A DNA stretch of 55,625 nucleotides, counting the filler, from Platydemus manokwari (lineage: Eukaryota), in assembly GCA_037951405.1 (NCBI GenBank). It is 5 parts of 5 records of this genome, joined end to end, with 100 filler letters (N's around TTAATTAATTAA, not from the genome) between each part and the next. Parts side by side here need not be neighbours in the genome. Positions count along the whole stretch, not along the records: positions 10,451 to 24,301 come from JBBMOY011560300.1; 4 more parts are not named here. One strand, 5' to 3'. This document shows, piece by piece, positions 12,948-24,401 of the stretch. A program made the translations under genes and the position numbers. Positions within the stretch are counted from its first letter, which is position 1. Each line of letters starts with the position of its first letter. The notes beneath the pieces are model-generated. The model ran no database searches. It had not been told where the DNA came from and saw only the letters and a list, made by a program, of their open reading frames with translations.

Positions 12948-14700
12948 TCAGAGTGTGACGAGCATAATGGACACATGGTCCTGGTTTCACTGTATCAGAA
13001 ACTATTAGGAATGTTCTTTTATCGATCGTATAATGCACTTGAATCACTTCAATCATACTCGATTTATAAAATATTGTGTTTGTATTGATTTATTTAAATG
13101 TACACTCGAATTATCAATTTAATTTTCGGCACTATCAATAGTGGCATTGATTTCTTAAAGTTTAGTCATTGATTTCAGGTCTACAATATCCTTTATCACA
13201 ATACAACACGAGTTACATTCATAACTGTCGGGGCCTATTTGGTTTATTTTGTTTCTCGAACATAGCTAAAGCCTTCTCAACACTTTCTATGGCTTAAATC
13301 AGTACCTTGAGTTCTAATGATCCTTTGTTTGTTGTTGCTTGGCCTCGTTCATTCAATCACTTGTGTGAAGATAAGGTGAAAGGTGTTAGGTAATGTTTTG
13401 ATCATCGATATTCTATTTGCAAATTTGTTAATCTAACTGGTACCTCAATGGTTACTTAATTCATTTCTTTAATTAAACAAAAAGGTGATGAGCTAATAAT
13501 GAGTTTGTCAAATTTGATGTGGTTTTATATGATAAATTGAATAAAATCGATATTTTGGTGATGTATGAAAACGACAAATAGATAGCTGTAGACTAATGAT
13601 ATAATAACGGGTATAATGAAGGTTACTATTTAATTTCAAACAGAATCTGTTGCTTTTAGATACATAGAAAGAGTGGAGTAATAAAAATAATGATTATATT
13701 TAGATTATGAATAGTCAGAGGTGACTGTAAAAATTCGTGAAAAATATCTTTCATAATTAATAAGATAAATTCTATTGAAAAATAAATTATATTAAATAAA
13801 CCAATTGACCTTTCAGTATAAGGATTCAGGCTTGCCCAACATATTGACGAGAGACCCCTGCGGATAAAAATGAAAGTGGGAGATAACATAAGAGATGTTT
13901 CATATAATATAAACATCCACGCGACTATATAACTGTGGGCACATAATAGTAAAAATAAAATTTACTCATCATTGTCACAGAATAATAACTAGTAATAATA
14001 TCTTCTGAATCAAATTGTAAATGTTTCGTTGAGAATAATTTAAATGATAATAAAAGCTTTCATGTACGTGTAGAATACTGAATTTGTTTTCTCTTTTATA
14101 ATATATTTGTAAGTCGCATGCGTCATTGGGGTGTATATTATTTTTTTGTCTTGTTTTGATACTAATTTTAGTAACTATAATGACGTTATGACTAAATTTA
14201 GCAACACCCTACTGTTTTAGGTACTTAAGTTGCTAAATTGGCATATGATATTTTTAGTACTGACATAGTCACTAAAAATAATTTGGAATTAAATATCTTG
14301 CAACCTGCAATATTTTCTAGATAAAATACATAACCTAAATAATATAGTGCGACTTATTTTACAGGCTAGGTTAGACTCCACAAATTTATCAAAATGATGC
14401 AATTGTTGGGGTTTGAAGAATGAATTAAATCAAATCAAATTTTACATGACGTTGACAGCTGTTTTCTTCGGCAGGACGATACGTATTAAATGCATATTTA
14501 TGTGAATTAATTTTTATCATGAATATAATCAATGTTTATTTTTTATAATTTGAAAACTACATAGCTTGCCAAAACCTTTTTGTTATTTTTTGTGTTGCTT
14601 TGTTTTTCGTTTTCACAAATAAATATTTAACATCCTATTGCGCTGTTATAATCATTACTCAATAGAATTTAATATATTTATATTATAGACGATAATTGGT

Positions 14701-14965
14701 TGTAACAGGACATTGCCTATCCTTGTTTACACAGTTAATACATTTTGGGGTTTTATTATTTAAACCTTTAGACTGTCTTATTCCGATAGCTTGGTCTCCA
14801 TACGAGCTATTGAAGCCCTCATAAGAACCAGGTCAAATTAATCAGAACCCACAACCCAATAACCTCATTGATGAGAAAAATATCTCATATTTTTATTAGT
14901 ATATATTTCATCCATATATTTTTTGACATAAATTTGTGCAATACTTTATATCATAAAATGTTACA
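14701..14965. mobile_element. Possible solo LTR bounded by TGTAACA...TGTTACA
   Basis: Perfect 7-bp terminal inverted repeat with TG..CA ends. The internal CCATACGAGCT motif recurs at ~17671. No target-site duplication is visible. Confidence 0.35.
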
Positions 14966-15107
14966 CTATTTTTTATACACAAATCATGAAACTGTTACGA
15001 TCATTTACATTGCTCATAAGAGATGTCAAATTATTAAGTCATAAAGATGTTTTTGATCAAGTTATAAAAAATTGTTAAAATGTTATCAATTATTGTTATT
15101 AACAAAT

Positions 15108-15515
15108 TTTTTTGGATTGTCGAATTCACGAAATTTTCTGGATAGTCGAAGATTCGGACCCCCGTTGATCACCAGACGTCCAAATCCTCGGTCCAGTTAC
15201 GCATCCCCAAGTTTCCCATTTGGGTTTGATTTTATGGACGTGATGGAACTTGGCTTTGCTGGTGCGGTTGGTTTTTTAGGTGCAGCGGGTCTCAAGTTCT
15301 TTATTGGTGGCGCCATTGGGTTTTTAAATTCCGCTTCTCTATGCACATATTCTTTCTGTTGTTGTTAGGTGTTTTCCCCGGCTATTTTGTGTTTCCATTC
15401 ACCATATGAGCTGACAGTGAATGGAGTTTTCTCCTTTTCGCTCTCCTCATTGTCTGAGTAGAGCACCAGCCGGTCTATGCTTTCCCAACACATTAATTCG
15501 TACCAGAAGTATTGC
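15108..15515 (-). pseudogene. GC-richer coding relic of unknown (probably mobile-element) origin
   Basis: The minus frame reads QYFWYELMCWESIDRLVLYSDNEESEKEKTPFTVSSYGEWKHKIAGENT*QQQKEYVHREAEFKNPMAPPIKNLRPAAPKKPTAPAKP...GDA*LDRGFGRLVINGGPNLRLSRKF with only two internal TAA. Confidence 0.45.
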
Positions 15516-18380
15516 TAGTTATTATTAGTTACTGCACTTAATAAATTCTAGTTATCGATAAAATAATTTTGCAGAATTAATTATCGTGTAGAATAAATTT
15601 AATTAAAATGAATATTTTCCAATATAATAAATTAAATCGCAGAGAATATTCTCCGCCACAATTCGTGGATATAAAATATACATCCGTGGCATTAAATTAA
15701 TAATCACATATTTTCTTAGTTACTCATCGTTTCATACATAAGGAAAATCATGACATCATTCTCTAACGTGGATCAGGATACCACATATGCCCAACATTCA
15801 ATTGAATACTCAACAGATTCTCATCAGATTATTGAAAAAACAAAAATTAAGAACTGTCAATTATTGAATTTAGAAGAACCGTTAGATATTCAAAAAAACA
15901 TCGAATTCGATTAAAACATAAATGTAAAATAGCTCCTCAAAATATGAAAAGCTAAAGAAACTGAATTAGACGGAGAAAATGAAACTGAACGAGTATTCAT
16001 AAAATAAATTAAAATGAAAACAAAAATCAAGGAAATTAGATGTTATAGCAGATTTTTCAAGCCGAAAATTCTTTTAAATTTGAAATTATTCACCAAAATG
16101 CTTGTGATACCGATTTTGTATCAAATTGACCACTCACATAAAATGTCATTCTCTCCATCTTAAAAGTGATATCGGATCACGATTCTTCAATCCTCAATCA
16201 GAATTATAATAGACCACATTAATTGATATAATAATTTAGGATCTTAATTATCGAAAAATATCAATTCTGACTCATTGGTTACACAACTTACAACGGATTA
16301 AATTTTTATCATTTATCACGAATGGAAGTACAAAGTTGTTTCCAACAACAAAAGCTTGTAAATAATTTTGTCTCAGTATTATTTGAAACCCACAATATGA
16401 TTTCAATAAAAATAGTATTTAAACTTTTTCGAACTTAAATATTTTAAGTTAAATATCTTTCGAAACTATGATATTCTTAGTAAAGGACAAATAAAACAAA
16501 TATGGTTAAAACTGCTATACTATCACACGGATTTACTTCATTTCATTTTATGCAATGCAAAATTATTTCCATTAATAATTACCTAACACGATCAAAATGG
16601 TTACTCGACTTTTCATTTTTAACATTTTTTTCAATTAACATTACAAATTTTAAATTACTTCAAAGTAAACAAAATATTTCAGTAATATTTTATCATAAAT
16701 AAAAGTTTTACTGAATTTTATTTAAGCTACTTTTCACCCGAATGAAAAAAATGACAGCCGGAGGATAAAGTGCTACATATAAAATAATACCTTGCATGCA
16801 TAACAAAACATCTCATTTGAAAACGATTGAATAATAGTTGTATTAATGATTTAAACAAATATTACAAATTATTTAAATTTTTATCTATTAGCATAAATTG
16901 CAGTATTTTTTATAGATTTGTATAAAGAATATAAAATTACTTTCTGCAAACAATTAATAATACTAAATTTTAAGATATTGATTTATTTTATATTCTCGTT
17001 CAAGAGAAAAACGCAGAACAAAGAATTAGCTTATATGTTGAAGATCAAAATAAATTTCAAGGCCAATGGTTTCAATTTATCAGCAAAATAACAAAAAATT
17101 GTCGCACAGTATACATCTGGCAGCCTTTGAGGATGTAAAGATTAAAAAAACTATAATAAAGAAGATCTCGAAATTTCACATAGATACTTCGTTTCAAATT
17201 GAAGATTCAGTGGAAGAATTCATTTATACGATTTTCGTAAATTATTTATTAATATAAACAAATCAAACCTTTATTAAGCAAATGTAAAATCTCTCCAAAG
17301 AGCTTTTATTGCTAGATATATTATTATGTTTAAATTATTTAAAATTATTTAATGTTACATTTTTTAATAATAAAATATTTTTGAAATTTTTGTTAATTCA
17401 TTAAAATTTTTATTTAAATATAACTGATTAGGCAAAATTGACAAATAATTGCTAGATTACTTATTGAATTTATTGTAATTCTAATGTAAGGTGTTCTATT
17501 AAGATAGAACGAATTCTTTATGAAAATGACTCAAGTCCTTCAAGGTAAAAGATTTCAGGTGTTTGATTCCTCTCAAATGTGGTTAGGTGCGTAGTTTCAG
17601 GAAATCACTTTTGCGCTAAGTTTGAATAAATTGTTTAAGTTTAAATTTGTTGTTATTGTCGGGATAATACCCATACGAGCTGCAAGCCTATAAATTACAT
17701 ATTAATTACATAATAATAGATATGTTGGGGCTTTGGCCCAACTAGACAGTGAATTTACATTGAAATAATATGTGTACAATAATTGCATGTCAGTACGTAT
17801 ATCTATTAATTTTTATTGTATCAATTTTTATTTAATCTTTGTGTATTTTTATAATTTGGATTCTTTAAGCAACAATTACTCTGAAATATCGATATTTATA
17901 TCAATTATTATGTGTATATATGTAAAATTATAATACAAATAAAATTACTAATTCCAAATACTTCAAAATACCCTGAAATAATAAATTAATTTATAAAAAT
18001 TAAGACGCAATGAGTTATCGCGCATGGTAACCGGTTTTGCTCCTTGAGTAGGAGTTTATTAACCGTCTTAATTCTGGAAGTTGTAGGATTTTCTTGTTAG
18101 TGTAGTTTGCTGTATATGGTAGTACTAAACTTATTTGTAATTTTATTTTATTTTATTGTTTTATTAGCCCTTGTGTATTGGTGTCATTATTAACAACAAA
18201 TTTTATTTTCATTCATAAAAGAATAACTGATTATTTGTGTTAATCAACATAGTTATGGGTTTTGAAATAGGATTTTTTGTAATTTGAGACTGATAATTAA
18301 TATTAATAAAATATATCGCTACTGCCACACCTATTGTCATCATACAATAAGGCTGTGCGGGGTGGAAGTATATTACACTT

Positions 18381-18479
18381 GTGGCCTTAATCAAGAACTC
18401 TTAGAGACTGATTAAGACAGTACTGATTTCAAATAGGATTAAGCTTATTAAAAAAAATCTATAAGGACCGAACGTAACA
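18381..18479 (-). mobile_element. Terminus of an LTR-like repeat family (minus strand starts TGTTACGTT), copy A
   Basis: Motifs GGCCTTAATCAAGA...GACTGATTAAGACAG...AACGTAACA are shared with 51021-51147 and 53691-53792, and similarity stops at the same terminal CA. Confidence 0.6.
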
Positions 18480-20174
18480 AAAAAGACTCTTACAAACATT
18501 AGTTATTCATAAATATTATTATTACATCAAAATAACTGAAAAAATATAGAATAAACAAAGTATTGCAATTTCGTTGTTTGATCAACAAAATCTTTGAGTA
18601 AAAATTTGGAATTCATAGTTTTCACAATTCAACGCAATATCAAACTACTTACAACTAAACACTGTGTAAACAGGAAAGCCAAGATCTTCAATTTTAGTTT
18701 TATCAGGAAAGATAAGAAAATGCATCTGATATTAAAATTATCATTCACTGCAATGCTGAATTTGACTACAAGTCACAATTTTATCGATCACTGTTTATGT
18801 CTTACGTGACAGAAATTATAATCTTGTTAGCCACAGGTTCGCCTATTTCGGTGAACTTTACCTTAGCACCATGAGAATTGTTAAAGAAGGAAATATCAGT
18901 AATTTTACAAAAATTTATTAATAACTTATGATAATTATAATTAAATAAATAGTAATTACTGGTGAGGATTTAAATTTATGTTTTCAGCATTTATTGAGTT
19001 AAATAATATTTTTATTTTACAAACCTTAATTAAATAATTATTTAAATATATTTAAAAATTTTCTGTTAAAAATATCTGTCAATATAAAAAAATAATTTTC
19101 TGAAATGTTAATTCAATATAGAATCTTAATATATAATCAATTTTGTTAATAAATAATCACTGGTTTTTGAAAATTTTTGTCCATGAAACAATCTAGTAAA
19201 TGTCAAGCACCGTGGTAAATATGCCAAGCAATTTGTTTCAATTATTAACCAACTATTTCAATACACGCTGAATTTCAACTATAATCGACGAAATATTCAC
19301 ATACATTATTAGAATTTTAAGATTACACCACAATGTAGATAATTTTAAAAATATATTATAATAATAATTACAATTTCATTACAAAAATATCGATGAAACT
19401 ACAAGAGTAAGAAATTCAAGTTTAAACAGGTATTTTAAAATTTTAATTTTATCTGAGAAATTAATTAAAGCTTTGGATAGATCAATTAAAAAACGTAAAA
19501 CCTACAAAAACCCGGCGCATTCATTATTACTGATTTTTTTTATCTAGAATTAAACTAAATCAGTCATAAATGAGTTAACATCATGACAATATAAGTCATG
19601 TGAATGTCTCTTACTAAAGATAGAACAATAAGTATATACAAACTCATTTATGATGATGATATTGATCCACGACTAGTGATATGTATCGTTATGAAATGTT
19701 TTCATTCAACATCTGAGCTATATTAAATGAAATAAATAAATATATTTGATATATAACAATCATTTATGAACTTTAATTTTCACAACGATTATTTTGTTTT
19801 AATTAAATAAATAATTTAAATTATCAAATGTAAAAATTTTTTTGAAATAATTAATCGGCAGAAGAGTTAAAATGAGTTTTATAATTTCAAATTACTGTAA
19901 AAACCAACCAAAAAATTGAGATATAAAAATTATAAATATTCACAAAATTTATTAACAAATATTACTATTATTGAAATTGTAAAAGCTAAATTAGGCGCTC
20001 AATGTTTCTAAATAATGAAAAAAGTTTCCGATAACAATTAACCAAAACGAAGCTTGGAAATTGGAATAATTTCATTAGATAATTCGCACTGTCAAGAATC
20101 CGATGACAACTGTGTAATAATATGTTTATTTTAATTTCAGAAACAAATCCCACATTTTTCAGGCACTTTTAATG

Positions 20175-20187
20175 GTAACCTAGCAAC
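20175..20187. promoter_or_regulatory. RFX X-box-like motif GTAACCTAGCAAC
   Basis: Fits the X-box consensus GTNRCC(N0-3)RGYAAC; ~850 bp upstream of the SAP30BP ATG. Confidence 0.45.
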
Positions 20188-20483
20188 AATGCTATTTGTA
20201 AATATAAAACTTGTGTTTATCAACTGTTCTACTTAATAACCTTATCCAACATTAAATATCTTTTTAGAGATTGAATTATTATTAATAATAATATACCTCG
20301 GTAATTATTTCTGGCATAAGATGGGTTAATAGATGTATTGCAGCGTTGTATTTGTTAGAACTAAATATTTATATTATGATTTATTTATTTATTTTGTAAA
20401 ACAACTCATTTTAAAAATGATAAGATTATTATTTCTTTAAAAAATTTATTTTATTCGAAATTGTTATTTTATTTATTTACGAT

Positions 20484-20497
20484 GCTGCTATGGAAAC
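20484..20497. promoter_or_regulatory. RFX X-box-like motif GCTGCTATGGAAAC
   Basis: One mismatch from the typical 14-bp X-box GTTGCYATGGMAAC; ~540 bp upstream of the SAP30BP ATG. Confidence 0.4.
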
Positions 20498-21034
20498 GCA
20501 GTGCCAAAAACACTGTTTTGAGATTAGTAGAAGTCATTTTCAAAAGTTATTTTTACTTAAATTATTAACCAGTTAGATGAGAATTAAATTCATCATTGAA
20601 GTCCAAAATGCAAATCATTCGGTTGTCTTATCCTTTATACAGACAACTTTCTTGTTTTGATCGAGGAGAAAAACATCATACTTTTCACATGTCACTCTCA
20701 GTTTTGAAATATTATTTCTCCCATTGGCTCTTTTGTTCATGTCTACTGTGTCATGAATACTGGTCGAGACATTTTCAGGTATAAGAAAAGTGATAATCAG
20801 TTTTGAAAAATTAATTTGCTTTTCTTCCTTTCACTTTCGGCTAATTTAAGTTATCGTTATAATTATTCTGAATTAAAATAAAATTTAATTAAATAAGCTT
20901 TATAAAAATAACAATGTACTTTGTTTAAATTCAAGTATTTTTAAAATTTTGTTTTAATAATTACAATTGTAGTACAAATATTTAAGGATATTCATTCTTT
21001 ATTTTAAACAACGCAAATATACGGATATATTGTT

Positions 21035-21820
21035 ATGCAGCCCCTTGTATTATATGAATCAGATTCATCAGACGAAGAAGTTGTATCAAATCAAATAAGA
21101 AAGCCTGAAACCAGTTGTTTTATTTCTTATGTTACTGATGAAGATGATGATTCTGACAATGATAATGCTGATTTTGATACAAAATCTTATTATAACTATG
21201 TGAAGAATAGAGGAAATGCACATAATTTAATATCACTTGATAATTATGAATGTGTCAACATGAACGGCCATGAATCGAACAACGTAAAAGATGAGAATAA
21301 TGATCCAAATGCTGATCTTGATTCAAAAAGTTATAATGGTCAGTCATTGAAAACAGTAAATGATGCCTTCTATATAAGAAACCAGAAAAGTACGGAATTA
21401 GCCTGTTTACTTTCTCACCAAATTTACCATAATCGTTCTCTGGTCTGTTTACCTGATCTCCCGACAACTAAACTTCCTCAAGAGCACGAACAAAGAATAT
21501 TAGAATTACGTTCTAAAGCTAAGAATAATCCAGGAGGTATAATACAATTTATCCTCAATAATAAAGAATTCCGAAATCCTAGCATTTATGAGAAATTGAT
21601 TGATTACATGCAAATAAATGAAACTGGTACCAATTACCCTCCGGAACTGTACGATCCGAATCGATTCGGTAAAGAATCATATTATGAAGAACTGGTTAAA
21701 GCTCAAGATGCAGCTGAAAGACAAAGATTGGAAAAAATTCACCAGCGCAATGAAAATGGAGTTATTAAAACTGAAAATTCAGATATTCGAATTCGGAAGA
21801 ATAGATGGCATATGGTATAA
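21035..21820 (+). CDS. SAP30BP: SAP30-binding protein (HCNGP domain), single coding exon, 261 aa
   Basis: HCNGP signature EFRNPSIYEKLIDYMQINETGTNYPPELYDPNRFGKESYYEELVKAQ, acidic N-terminus (LVLYESDSSDEE) and C-terminal RKNRW; AATAAA at the stop. Confidence 0.93.
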   Translation: MQPLVLYESDSSDEEVVSNQIRKPETSCFISYVTDEDDDSDNDNADFDTKSYYNYVKNRGNAHNLISLDNYECVNMNGHESNNVKDENNDPNADLDSKSYNGQSLKTVNDAFYIRNQKSTELACLLSHQIYHNRSLVCLPDLPTTKLPQEHEQRILELRSKAKNNPGGIIQFILNNKEFRNPSIYEKLIDYMQINETGTNYPPELYDPNRFGKESYYEELVKAQDAAERQRLEKIHQRNENGVIKTENSDIRIRKNRWHMV

Positions 21821-22970
21821 TAAATATATAAACTATAAACAATTATTTTAAGCAAATTTATATATAAAGATTCGTGTACTCCATTCTTTGTTAATGGTTA
21901 AAACTAATGTTTTATAAAAGGTCAATAATTTAAAATCTATTCCCACAATTAATAAAACAAAAAGAAACAAATCAAAGATTTGTTTTAAATAATACAAAGA
22001 ATCTTTTAAAATCCAATACATGAATTATGATATTGATATAATGAGAGAAAATTATGTTGGGAATAAATCAAAATATATAAAACCAACTGACATTCATTTA
22101 TAACAATTAATACGCCTATGGCACATCGTTTTGTTTAATGTTTGTGATTGAAATTATTATTTCGGAAATTATGGAGAAAAATTATCAAAGTTCAGAATCA
22201 TTTCTTTGAACTCAGATAATATCCAAAAGTAACTATCAATGAATCCATCGATATTCTTCAATTCAGGATATTCTATTCAGAATAAAGGATAACGCTACTA
22301 ATATTAATTGTAGATTTATTAATATTTGGAATAAAGTTTATTATTTAATGAATAAAATGAAGATTTGGGATTTTCCACCAATTTTTTCCCAATCTTTACA
22401 AATAAGAGTACAATGTTAAATAATTCTATGAATTTATCTTATACGATTTTGACGGTTTTAGAAAAATAGTCCTTGAAACAAAAGTAAATATTATTCATGT
22501 TGTTTACACATATCCGTTTAGACAAGATCTTTATTTAGATTGTCGTTTTGTTAGCCCATTGGTGATTGTTGAAGACTTGTTTTTCTATAATTTTCTATAA
22601 TTTGGTTTGTTACTGAATTCATGACTTTCATAAATATTCGATTTATAATGAGTATACGATAAACTACTTGATTTGGAATTTATGATGATTATAATTAATA
22701 AGTAGTTATCACCGAGGATTATTTAAATTTATAATTTCAGTTAATATTGTGATGATTTCAAAAATTTCCATTTTATATTTAGTGCAAATCTTAATTTAGT
22801 TATTAACTAGAATTATTTAAAAATATTCTATTATGGTTTTCCGACTTGTTAATTTAGAAAAGAATCTTAATATAGAGTTTTTATATTTAATGAAATCCTA
22901 TAAAATGGTCTAAATACAAAGTCGTAATACATAATTTTTATATTTAATGAAATCTTACAAATTTCTGCAT

Positions 22971-23000
22971 GCACACACAAACACACAGACACAGACACAG

Positions 23001-23033
<33 letters not shown>
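22971..23033. repeat. Compound (CA)n/(CAGACA)n/(TA)n microsatellite
   Basis: Direct reading. Confidence 0.9.
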
Positions 23034-23034
<1 letters not shown>

Positions 23035-24226
23035 CAGTATGATTTTTTAAATTCAGAAAATTTAGTAGGGGACCGAGGGATTGTTTGGTTGATGAAAAAA
23101 ATTTCACTGAAATGTAACAATACACATTTTTTGTTATGCAGTTTCAAAAATGCCTGAGATAGTCATATCGATTAACATCGCTATCAGTAATTGGTATTTG
23201 TTCACCAATCTTATTTCCGTAATTTTAAATAACTTTAATTAATTTTTTCCGCTTTTAAATGTAATATCGATATTCAATAATCAATATGTAATAAAATAAG
23301 CCAATGATGTTCATAGACCATAACAATGATAAAAATCAATAATAAATCTATTAATAAATTACTAAATAATGAATCAATAAATGAACAAATAAATAATTTG
23401 ATTAATATCAATTTTAAAATAAATTTATATCGAATAATCACGGGTTATGAACAGCTACTGTAAAATTAATGGTTACCATTCTGGGACATACAGTTATTGA
23501 GAAATTAGAGTTTATTTACTATTTTGATACCATTCATTTATGTTTCCCAGATTTTCAATCAATCTCAACTCATTATAGACAAGGACTGTATTTGCCTTCC
23601 AGTAAAATGTGTTATTTTGATCTAATTTGAGAATAAAATCTCTACAAGAGATACTGTTTAGCTGTAGATGGTTTTAATTATTTAGATGGCTTTTTAAAAT
23701 GATTTACTAGCTTAAATCTTTATAGAATCAAAGGCATTGGAGAGTTAAAAACTAATACAATTTAAATAAATCCTGGTTATGTGTAATCCTTTAATATTTC
23801 AATGGATTGATTATATTTTAATTGGTTCATTATTGTAGAAATTATTTAATTAAGGATATTATCTATTTGTTCATTTCTATTAGTCAATAACGTGGAATAT
23901 TTTTATTAGCACTACTATTTGATTAACTTTGTTTATTAAATATATTATCAGACTATTCTTGTAAATACAGCATTTATATTTAGAGGTTAAATCACCAATA
24001 AACACTAAATATTTACTATTAATGCATAAATAAATACATTTCATTAATACTGCAATAAGTAAAACAAAGAGAGACAGCTTTCAACGGAACTATTGATTAA
24101 ATTTTGTGAATCTCGACAATTTCAATTTACTCAACAACACAGCTGTGTTACTTTTTATTAAATGATTTTTCATCTATTATTGTCTCATTTTTTAAATTTC
24201 ATTTAAGGGCATTTAAAATTATAATA

Positions 24227-24301
24227 TTAGGGTGAACCAAAAGTTCTTTCCGATTTTCTACATCATTTTGTCCAATTGCTTTTTTACCAAATGAAGATGT
24301 T
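24227..24301 (+). mobile_element. Mariner-like terminal inverted repeat, element truncated by the contig end
   Basis: TA + TTAGGGTGAACCAAAAGTTCTTTCCGATTTT resembles mariner TIRs of the TTAGGTTGGTGCAAAAGTAATTGCGGTT type; a related end lies at 45435. Confidence 0.6.
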
Positions 24302-24401
24302 NNNNNNNNNNNNNNNNNNNNNNNNNNNNNNNNNNNNNNNNNNNNTTAATTAATTAANNNNNNNNNNNNNNNNNNNNNNNNNNNNNNNNNNNNNNNNNNN
24401 N
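24302..24401. other. Artificial contig spacer
   Basis: 44N-TTAATTAATTAA-44N. Confidence 0.97.

Noticed and set aside
12817-13056. 79-aa minus-strand ORF
   Set aside because: Antisense shadow of the last CEP83 exon and 3' UTR
15072-15368. 98-aa plus-strand hydrophobic/Gly-rich ORF
   Set aside because: Starts at TTG and is better explained as the antisense shadow of the minus-strand Pro/Ala/Lys-rich relic
15750-16250. Possible retroelement pol remnant (MTSFSNVDQD...MLVIPILYQIDHSH)
   Set aside because: Only a faint LVIP...H resemblance amid many stops; not supportable without a search
17000-17300. EF-hand-like fragment (DLEISHRYF...SGRIHLYDFRKLF)
   Set aside because: Loop residues are not conserved, the frame is broken and there is no clear splice context
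21255-21851. ORFs 21255-21467 (-) and 21618-21851 (+)
   Set aside because: Alternative-frame shadows of SAP30BP
22969-23157. His-rich 62-aa ORF
   Set aside because: Translation of the CA/TA microsatellite
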